DNA from: Carcharhinus amblyrhynchos
Lineage: Eukaryota
Assembly (NCBI GenBank): GCA_965287045.1
Contig: OZ336874.1
Span: forward strand, 85,250,001 to 85,314,000
Direction of reading: 5' to 3'
Length of the DNA stretch: 64,000 bases
Below are positions 25,122 through 35,205 of this stretch, one piece after another (position 1 is the first letter of the stretch; the number at the start of each line of letters is the position of its first letter). The notes under the pieces were generated by a model. The model did not search any database. It had not been told where the DNA came from and worked only from the letters and a program-made list of their open reading frames with translations. A program made the translations under genes and the position numbers.

Positions 25122-25812
25122 GATTAGATTTATTATTGTCACATGTCGTACATGAAAGTATTGTTTCTTGCATGCTATCCAAAGCATACCATTCATAGAG
25201 AAGGAGGGAGTGTCAAATGTAGTGTTACAGTCATAGCTAGAGTGTAGAGAAAGATCAACTTAGTGCGAGGTAGGTCATTCAAAAGTCTGATGGCAGCAGG
25301 GAAAAAGCTGTTCTTGAGTCGATTGGTATGTGACCTCAGTATCTTTTTCCAGACGGAAGAAGGTTGAAGAGAGTATGTCCAGAGTGCATGAGGTATCTAA
25401 TTATGCTGACCGCTTTTCTGAGGCTGGTTTGCATGATGGACTGGGCTACATTCACGATCTTTTTAGTTTCTTGCAGTCTTGGACAGAGCAGAAGCCTTAC
25501 CAAGCTGTGATACAACCAAAAAGAATGCTTTCTATGGTGCAACTGTCAAAGTTGGTGAGAGTTGTAGCTGACATGCCAAATTTCCTTAGTCTTCGAATAA
25601 AGTAGAGGTGTTGGTGGGTTTTAAGAACATAAGAAATAGGAGCAGGAGTAGGCCATCTAGCCCTTTGAGCCTGCCCCGCCATTCAATAAGATCATGGCTG
25701 ATCTGTCGTGGCTCAGTTCCTTAGCTGTATGTTTCATCTGTATGTTGGTATGAGAGATCAGGACAAGTTTTTGGTGATCTGGACACCTAAAAAACTTGAA
25801 GCTCTCAACCAT
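25122..25812 (-). mobile_element. Rex1/Babar-clade LINE 3' end
   Basis: HLYFIRRLRKFGMSATTLTNFDSCTIESILFGCITAW…LLPSGKRY; 3' tail with GTGACAATAA. Confidence 0.8.
25622..25720 (-). mobile_element. Young CR1 3' tail inserted in the Rex1 copy
   Basis: The reverse complement is nearly identical to 12182-12280 (differences only in the few bases after GGAACTGAGC). Confidence 0.9.
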
Positions 25813-25820
25813 TTTTAGTA

Positions 25821-26158
25821 CAGGCCGAGTACCCTTTATCTGAAACCCTCTGAGCTGATTGCATTTTAGATTTCAGATCATCTTGTTTTTCAGATATTGC
25901 ATTTAAACTCACAATAGCCTAAGTCTAGGCAACTTATAGTCTAAATTAAATAAAATGGCAAAAAAGTAAGATGTGTCACCAAAAAAAAATACAGGGTATC
26001 TGAAAAGGTTGCTTTTTGACCTATTCCCTACAAAAATCACAAGCTATTCAGTGCAGAAAACAACTAGACTTCCAGCACTAAAGGTCAATAAGGTTCAAAC
26101 ATGTACAGTTTTTGGATGCGTTCAGTTTTCAGAATACAGATGAAGGATATATGACCAG
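25821..26158. mobile_element. Tc1/mariner-pogo (Tigger4/Zombi-like) MITE
   Basis: TA|CAGGCCGAGTACCCTTTATCTGAA…CAGATGAAGGATATATGACCAG|TA: imperfect TIRs with TA duplication. Confidence 0.6.
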
Positions 26159-26289
26159 TACTAGAAAGTACTAACCTTTTGTTACCTTGAGTTTTTTCTA
26201 GATAGATGGTAATGATTTCACATTTTAGTGATTGGCCTTTTGAGGGCTTCAGTTATATTTTTGCACTGTGTAAAAGGTGTAACAAGATT

Positions 26290-26650
26290 AGCCTCCCATC
26301 CATTGACTTTGTCTACACTTCCCGCTGCTTCAGCAAAGCAGCCAGCATAATTAAGGACCCCACACACCTCGGACATTCTCCCTTCCACCTTCTTCCTCCA
26401 GGAAAAAGATAGAAAAGTCTGAGATCACATACCAACCAACTCAAGAACAGCTTCTTCCCTTCTGCTTTTGAATGGACTTACCTTGCATTAAGTTGATCTT
26501 TCTCTGTACCCTAACTATGACTGTAACACTACATTCTGCACTCTCTCATTTCCTTCTCTATGAATGGTATGTTTTGTCTGTATAGCATGCAAGAAACAAT
26601 ACTTTTCACTGTATATTAATACAGGTGACAATAAATCAAGTCAAGTCAAA
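26290..26650 (+). mobile_element. Rex1/Babar-clade LINE 3' end
   Basis: LPSIDFVYTSRCFSKAASIIKDPTHLGHSPFHLLPPGKR…; tail GTGACAATAAATCAAGTCAAGTC; homologous (inverted) to 25122-25400. Confidence 0.8.
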
Positions 26651-26792
26651 AGATTACAACGTGCAAATATATTCAATAAATATGCAATCACAACAAATGT
26701 TCTGTGGGACCCTGAATTTGTTGTGTGCCTTCAAAAAGACAATATTAGAAATATGCAGAAGACATTTTAGGAAGTTGGCATATTGTTGAAAA

Positions 26793-28628
26793 TAGAAACA
26801 TAGGAAATAAGAGCAGGTAATTTAGCCCGGCAAGGATCCTGCTCCTCCATTCAAACAGATCATGACTGATCATCTATCCCACTCCATTTTTCCCCACATT
26901 AATTAATGTCATTAGTATCCAGAAATCTACTGATCTCTGTCTTGAACATGCTCAATGATTGGGCTTCTACAGCCCTCCAGGGATGGAGAATTCCAAAGAC
27001 TCCAAGTGAAGAAATTCCTCCTCATCTCGTTCTTTTATGTCCTCTGGTTCTGGACTCACCAGCCAAGGAGAAACTTTCTATCATCATCTACCCTGTCATA
27101 CTCTGTAAGAATAAGTTTCAATGTGATCACTCCTCATTCTAACAAATACAGGCCCAGTTTCCTCAATCTCTCCTCATGAGACAATCCATGATCCCCTGGG
27201 GTTAATCTGGTGAATCTCCACTGCACTCTTCTTTGGCAAATACACTGTTCCTTAAATAGAGAGACCAAAACTGTACACAGTGCTCTAGGTGCAGATTCGC
27301 CAAGGTTCTGTGCAGTTGCAACAAGATGTATTCACTCCTGTACTTAAATCCCTTTGCAGTAAAAGGCCAACAGACCGCAAATGCCATTTGCCTTCCTAAT
27401 TGTTTGCTGTATCCACATACCAGCTTTTAGTGATTTATGAACGAGGGCACCCAGGTACCTTTGGACATCAACACTTCCTAATCTCACATCATTTCTGCCC
27501 TTCTGTTTTTCTGACCAAAATGAACAATTTCACACATGGTCACTTTATATTCCATCTTCCATGTTCTTGCCCACTCACTTAAAATGCCCAAATCTCCATG
27601 AAGCCTCCTTGCATTCTCCTCACATCTCACATTCCCATCTAGCTTGCATTAAGAAGCTTATTATCTTAATGGGGAGAGATTGCAGAGCTCAGTGTCCTCA
27701 TGCATGAATCACAAAATACTAATATATAGGTACAGCAAGTTATTTGGGAAACTAATTGAATTTTATCATTTATTCTGAGGGGAATTGACTACAAACGTAG
27801 GGAGGTTATGCTTCAGTTTTACAGGGCACTGGTGAGACCACATCTGGGATGTCGTGTACAATAAGATCATCTTAATGGAGGAAAGATGTAAATGCTTTAG
27901 AAACAGTTCAAAGAATGTTTAGTAGACTAACATCAGGAAAGAGTAGTTTGTCTTATGAGGGAAGGTTGGAGAGGTTAGGTTTGTACTCTCTAGTGTTTAG
28001 AACAAGAGGTAACTTGTTCAGAACTTTTAAGATCCTGATGACGTATTGACAGGGTGGAATTGGAGAGGGTGTTTCCTGTTGTCAGAGAGTCTAAAACTAG
28101 AGGTCACTATTTAAAAATAAGGGGTTGCTCATTTTAGACAGATGAGTTTTTTTTCTCTGAGGGTTATGAGTCTCTGGAACTTTCTTCCTCAAAAAGCAAA
28201 GCAAGCAGAGTCTTTGTATATTTTTAAGGCAGAGCTCGATAGATTCTTGATTACCAAGGGGGTTAATGGTTATCGGGATAGACAGGAATGTAGGGTTGAA
28301 GTCACAATATTATTGAATGGTGGAGCAGGCTTGAGGGGTCTACTCCTGTTCCTCATTTGTATGTTTGTATGTCATCAGCAAATTAGGAAATATTACCTTT
28401 GGTCCCCAGATCCAAATCATTTTTGTAGATTGGGAACAGTTGCAGCCCCACTCCTGATCCATACAGTAACCCAACTGTAATGGCCTGCCATCCTGAGAAT
28501 GACTCATTTATTTCTACTCTGTTTTCTGTCTGTCAATCAATTCTCAAACCTAGCAGCATATTACACCTGATCTGATATGTTCTATTTTTGTTTACTAGCC
28601 TGTGTGGGACCTTATTGAATGCCTTCTG
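26793..28628 (-). mobile_element. Old CR1 3' portion, interrupted by a plus-strand CR1
   Basis: Tail (AAACATAG), HLEHCVQFWS, reverse-complement FADD (TCATCAGCAAAT at 28372) and QKAFNKVPHRL. Confidence 0.85.
27646..28371 (+). mobile_element. CR1 3' portion nested in the opposite-strand CR1
   Basis: YYLNGERLQ…YRALVRPHL…RVMSLWNFLP…FKAELDRFL; ends in a (TTTGTATG)2 tail. Confidence 0.85.
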
Positions 28629-28685
28629 AAGTAATAAATAAATCATTTCAATGACTGCAAAAGAGCTCGAGCACTTGAAAAAGCA

Positions 28686-28812
28686 GGTCCAGGATTTTCC
28701 AGCCTTGCCCACCACTGGGATCGTGCAGTCCCGCCAAGAGTCAATGACTTTTGGCTGAGTCACGCATCCCCCACAACGGGTCTCATCATGAAAAGGCCAG
28801 AAAATTGTGGCC
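28686..28812. mobile_element. Short MITE, similar architecture to 2923-3048
   Basis: GGTCCAGGATTTTCC…AGAAAATTGTGGCC imperfect TIRs. Confidence 0.5.
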
Positions 28813-31800
28813 AGCGATTCCATTCCAATATGAAGATGGTTGCAATATTACATGATTATATTAGGAGCCTGTTTTAAATCAAAAAGGTTATGAAGCTGCA
28901 ATATTTATGATTAAACACATCAAATGTGTAGCCTGAGTAAATGTTTGGAGGTAATATTATTTTTCTGATTTATTACACTTCATTAAATATCCAGAATTAA
29001 GCACTGATGTGCATTTTATCAACTCTCAAACTGTGAAAAAATTGAAAATGCTTTATTTTAAAAAATATGGTGCACAAAAATGCACTAATCTGAATTTTAG
29101 ATGCTGCCAAAAACCACAAAATTTTAACTCAAGCTCATTTTAATGGTCACTTGAATCTTCAGATTAGACTGTCTTGAAATCACTCCTTTCTGAAAACAAT
29201 ATATTTTTAAATGAACTTTATTTGATGGCTTCATTTTGCATTGGCAATGCCTTCAAGTCCAGATGCCAATTCTTGTGTGTCCTCTGTTCTTGATGTATGA
29301 TAATTACTCACAATGAAGAATTAATGATTTTGACATCATTACGTTAAACTGATGGAGTGATCATGTGCAGTTGATTATAGGATATTTTATGGCCAGTATG
29401 TGTGATATGTTGATCCAAAGCATCAATGATCCTAAATTAACAGGCTTCTGTACATTTATTTACTGCTCTCTGCATCGTGACCTTCAAACAGAAATTACCG
29501 TCTAATATTTTTTCCTTGCTGCTTAATTAGCCAACAAATATTCCCTTTTTATTGTTGACACAGAATATTATTCTAATTTAATATTTAATTAACTCATTGG
29601 CTAATGTTCTTCTTGTGATGCATGTTTGACTTTTATCTTTTATTTTGTTTCTGAAATCTATGCATTTTAAAAATTATTTTCTTGCTTATCATCTTCTGGA
29701 GGCTCACAGGCTACACATAATTTGCAGCCAAAAGGGAGACAGAATCTTTAGACATCTGCCAATGTCAGTCTTGAGCTGGCCACCAAACAGTATGTGAAAA
29801 TGACCTAGGGATGCCTCTTCTGATTTCTCCTATTCCCTGCTTTTCTCACTCCTGGGTGGGAAGTGCACAATGTCTGATTTTCTATTCTTCACATAAATGA
29901 GACTGAGATCAGGAGCTCAGTGGATTGAGGATTCCAGTTGTAATTGAACCACTACATCGTGGTGTGTATTGATACTCCAAAGCATTACATGACCACACCA
30001 CCTTGATTCACAGACTTGTCATCGTGGCATTGCTTAAATCTCTGCAAATGCATTGCTTGCGCCGTCGTAGTTAACTTCACTGAATTAATGTTGCTGTGAT
30101 CTCTGACACTTCTATTGTACTAAGGATTGTGTAATTGCCATGTGCAACGTTGAAATCTCCTTTAAATATCATATGCTTGCCAGCTTTAAACTACATCTTT
30201 CCTGTTCTTTCTTTCTTGATGTGACATGCACATTTTTTTCATAATTACCGGTGACATGTGGTCTGTGTTTGGTTCAATAAACTATTGGATAAACCTAGAA
30301 GATTAGTGAACTGATCATGCAAACGGAATCACTTGAAAAACTTGCTTTGATTTTTCAAGCAGTGAGTCCCTGACATGTACATCCTGTATCACACCTGTAA
30401 GCGATAGACAAAATCACTTGCTGCTACTAAGTGACAGTTGTGCTGCATTTTGCCAAGCTAGTCCTTGGGTGTTGGTATTTCGTCCAGCCTCTGTTCTCAA
30501 GAACTGACCCACATCACACGGCTTTGGCCTAGTTTTATGTCCTTAATTGATAGTGCAACATGCTTTGTCACTAAGCAAGCCTGGCATGTCAATCACCTTT
30601 GCAGCTTACAGATAGTTGACCTTCAGCCTGGAAACTGTATTTTACATCAAACAAACGAGTGAGAAAGACATGTAAGTATATAGAATTGTTAATACAAGGA
30701 TGAAGATTGTTCATATGAATCTGAATGTTGCCAGTCAGGTGCCAGCATGTATGACAGTTGGTCATCCCTTAAAGGAATGCTACTGTTCAATTTTAAAATC
30801 AGTGTTTTTGCAATCCGACAGTTAAAGGATGAATGGTTGAAGATTGCGGTGGTGTCAACTTAAATTATTTGTGCTTTTTTATTTCAAAATCCATGTAAAT
30901 TCACAAAATGTGGGACTCTTGTGAGCACTGGTATAGGGACACTGATATTTAATGCCAGTTCCCATCCCTAGCTGCCTACGGTGTCTCACCTACATGGATA
31001 TTTTTCAGATAGAAAAATCAGCACTCACCTATTGCCACTTGACGTAGCACTCATCAACTTTCTGATATCAACTATAACTCTAAGCTTTCTAAAATTGCAT
31101 TTCCTTTTAAAATCAAGATTTATTTTATTATTTTACTGTTGCTGCCTTGATTAAATGAAGACGTATCTTTTTTCCAGAAATGGCCAGGAACATCCTGTGC
31201 TCCAGACATAATGCACAGAACTGACGTTTTTAAGAATTGCGGTCGAATCCTAATAAATGCACAACTATTTTGCCTGTAAATATTATGCTTGCATCACGAT
31301 TATGCTTGGATCAGAATTTCTGTAAACCACAGATAAAAGTAGTCAATTTGCTAATCTTTGTGCCACAGCCCATTTAATCATTCATTTGGTAATTCACTAT
31401 AAACAAAACAGAAAACAGTTAACAAAATCCTTTGTTTTACACAAAAGTAATTAGACTTTGAAAATGTGCTTCTGTCTCTAGATGAAACTTGGCTGTGGAT
31501 TGGCCAAATTTGATGTGCAGAGCATTAAAAGCAGATAATTACAGGACATTTATGCTTGGATCAGGATTTTGTAATTCACAATTATTCTTGGATCAAGAAT
31601 CCAACACAATGAGGGTAAATGGGAAGTGGTTTGTCATATCAGAATCCTATGCTGGGGGTGCAGTACTGCTTCAATAAGATTCTTGGAATCAACCGCAAAA
31701 CAATTCCTTCACACAAAAGGCTCCCAATATCGAATGACCAGCATGGTCTTGTGAGACAGGTGGGCTGAAACTGTGTGGACCTCAACAATCTCTCTCCATA

Positions 31801-32367
31801 GCTCTTAGTTCCATGTACCCCACAGAATTTCAACTCCAAGATCTCTACAGAGCCAATTTAGTAATAAGCATTGACACCATTCATGAAGTATATTGTTACC
31901 AATTGGAATAGTTTGTATTCTTGTGTTTAGTAAATCAACAAATTTGATTATTCTGAATTGGCTTGATGGTTTTTCCACCTTTCAAGACGGTATCTGTTTT
32001 TGGAACTTAGTTGTCCTACTGCACATTAGCTTTTGTATCTTCACATTATTATTAATGATGTGAAGATACAAAATGATGTGAAGATTTCAGAACTAAAGTA
32101 GTATAAACAAGCATGCTCCTCACCAAAAACAACTGTAGATTTCTAGATGTGTCCTCTTCTTTTACCCAGTAGGTATGTTTAAGACAAGCTATGATTTTTT
32201 TCTTCCTGCTAGTTAGCCATACTATGCCAATCTTTTAACTCTGGAGCTTCATGAATGGGTTGTTTCTCCATATTCAAAACCAAAAAATGAACCTTGATTT
32301 CCCCACAAGTTATCTGTATCTGACACTGCCACCGCATTAACTCTATTTCTTTTTCACTCATTTCTAG

Positions 32368-32519
32368 GTACAGAACGGCATGAGCTAACTTCCTGGAAGA
32401 GTTTTAATTCTATTTTCAAGTATTTCAACCAAGCTTTAGAGGCACAGAACGCTGAAGCAAAATCTAAGTCAACGGTGACAACAAGAAGCTCATATCGAAA
32501 GAAAAGTGAAGAATTATGA
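32368..32519 (+). CDS. FAM172A: FAM172A/ARB2A last coding exon
   Basis: Polypyrimidine tract and TTTCTAG acceptor, then (G)[49 protein letters not shown]. This matches the recalled human C-terminus [20 protein letters not shown]…TRRSHRIKHEEL and is convergent with NR2F1, as in human. Confidence 0.93.
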
Positions 32520-34279
32520 AGCAAAATGCCATTTCCTTTTTTTGCGCTGGCAGTCCCTCGATCCCTCATTAGATTATTTTCTTCTTGGAGCAAAGGGTCA
32601 CGGTGTATACATCTAAATAGCATTTTGCATTATTTCTAGATGAGCGCAACTGTCAAAGCAATATGGGTTTGCCGGTTGTGTTTCCTGTGGTCCCGAGCTC
32701 AGATTTGGTGCCACCGATCGGTGCACAGATCAAGACTGACAGCAGTTCTGCACAGTGCAGCACAGAGCGGCTCTAATTGCCCTGACACCGCCCTGCGCTG
32801 AGCTAATGTCATGGGGCTATTGGCTTCCCCCACGTCCTAAAGCCTGCCAACTATTCTTCATTAAAGAGACAGCCTCTCTTTTGTCGGCCTGTGTACAGCA
32901 GCTTTTAAAATAGCCGAGAATCACAGCCACTCAACATTTTCCTTTCACGTACTCAAGCCTTGTCATAATTTTCAAGGGACTTCAAATGCGTTTAAGTCGC
33001 TAAAGATGACAGTTGTTTTTGGTGATGCCAGCTGTCACTTTTTTTGTAGCTGCTTAAAAAATAGCTTTGTATTATTGAAACTGTGTTTGTTTTACAAAAT
33101 AAGCCAACAGTACTTCTTAAAGCTGGAGAATGTTTAAAGATACGTTGGGTGAATTTGATTCATTGCGAATTTCTGCCTGTTGGCCAACATAAACTGAAGC
33201 TATCTATTTTTAAAAAATGCATTAATTAAATTCCTAAATCAAAAGGAATGCATCCATTATGTGATCTGATCAATATTTATACATAAAAAATCTTCATAAA
33301 TGGCTAGCTGGGGCGTTTTAAAACCAGATTGTAAACTGGATAGTGCAAATAATTGAGCCACTATGGCATTATTTTTCTGAAGCATTCAAAAATATCAAAC
33401 AAGTAGTTAAAAAAATCCCTTGAAATATTTCCATTCTATATTTGTTGGAACTTTTATATTTTCTTGTTTTTAGCTAGTTGCTGAGTAATTTGTTTTAAAG
33501 ATAGACTTCAAAACTCTTTATTGGAAAATATATATTAGTTTCACGAATGTGTGTTGCAGTTCTTGTTTTAAGTGATATTTCATTGTCCATTTTAAATCAT
33601 TTCAGCTTTTGTAACAGCATTAAAATGGAACTTTAATGACTTAAACATTACACGAAATGTGAAGTTGCTTTGTAAGGATGTAATATTCCAAATTGCAAAA
33701 AACCACAAGAAATTACATGTTATTACGAGTTTAGATCCGACAATTCTATTTGGAAGTTCATTTTTCAGTTTTACAGTTTGCTCATTATTGCTTGAGAGAT
33801 GTGATTCATTGGCTACAGCGTAGCTTTGGGATTCTGCTAAAATCTAGGACACACAAATGGTAAAATTTGAGTAATGTAAAGCATGTTTTAAGACATGCTT
33901 TCAAAAATCCTTGGAGTAAATACTCATTACTTGGTTTAATCATTTGGAAATTGGGACTGTTGTAAAGCTTTAGAACATGATCTAATACTGAACGGAGAGT
34001 AGATTATTTAAAATATTCGAATTCCTGTTAATGCATAGACATAAGTCAGAAGGATAGCACGAAAATGCTAGGTGAGAATTAAAATACGTGCCTTTGATTA
34101 AATATTTAGCAATACGAAGTTTTAGAAATATGAATTTGCACAAAGCAGCGTACAAAGTGATTAATTCAAGTGATTTGTTCGAGTTTATAATGCTGTCGGT
34201 GCTCTGAATGGCTGGAAAGCTCCATTAGGTTATGTGAATAGGCAAAAGGACCCTGGGGAAGCCATTGGTAGCTGGTTTG

Positions 34280-34290
34280 GCGCATGCGCA
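34280..34290. promoter_or_regulatory. NRF1 motif
   Basis: GCGCATGCGCA, with inverted CCAAT boxes (ATTGG) at about 34264 and 34338. Confidence 0.5.
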
Positions 34291-35191
34291 CCTCACTCCC
34301 ATAGAAGCCGGCCAGGAGGTTTGCAGCTGGAGCTTTGATTGGAGTTTAAAGTCATTTGACATTTCCAGCACTTTCTGCAAAAAGACACTGGTCCCTGCAG
34401 AACGTGTGCCTTGTCCCTGAATTCTTTAGATGTGCACAGAGTTTAAGTGTGAAAATTGCAAAATGAACTGAGCTAACCCCAAAACCCAGCATTATAATTG
34501 ATGATTTTGACTCATCAGTTAATCTCCAGACACATTAACATTGGCTGCCATTGTTTTTAGAGTTATATCTTAGTCAATGAGATGCAGAAATAGTCAATTA
34601 AATATTTGTAGATTTTAGAAGAATTTTCATTTTAATGATGGAATAGAAAGTAAAAGAAAACTTGGAACCCGTAAAATACCTTTCGGTCAAGTACATTGTT
34701 AGATTTGATTTTTGTAAAGCAATGCACATTGTGATTTGAAGAATCCACTGCGTTGTCGGCTCCTTTTTATTTTGAGCACTAAACGTTGTGCGTCTATTTG
34801 TAATCGGAAATGTAATTAGTCAGATTTTGAAATATTACAGGCTTACTTTTGAAAACTATCATAAAGGAAAGAAATCACGTCGACACGATGAAGGCTGAGG
34901 ATGACTGACAGCGCTAAGTGAATAGGAGCTCTTTCTGCAATTGTGAACCAGAACTGGGGGGGAATGTAATGGAGAGGAAAATGAATTTTCAAACCCAAAA
35001 GCCTGAAAGCGGAGCAGTGATTTTTATTTGTGATAGTTTTGAAACCTATCTTCTGAAACTGAAAAACTGAAATGAGAAGTTGTGTTCTCCAGTGTATAAA
35101 TCAAACTCTGCCTTTTTTTTTAATCGAGCTGTATCGATGACTCTGATTTTGAAGCGTTTTACTTTCCAGTGGTTTAAACAAGCTGAACCGA

Positions 35192-35205
35192 AATAAAGGT
35201 TTATT
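35192..35205. terminator. Polyadenylation signal (AATAAA on both strands)
   Basis: AATAAAGGTTTATT; on the + strand it is followed by GU-rich GTCTTTGTTGT. Confidence 0.5.

Noticed and set aside
1-32367. Penultimate FAM172A exon (expected peptide resembling NCCNWVSS…CPRVSA)
   Set aside because: Not found by eye; it probably lies upstream of the window, but a TBLASTN is needed to exclude it.
32354-32623. 89-aa minus-strand ORF
   Set aside because: Antisense shadow of the FAM172A exon.
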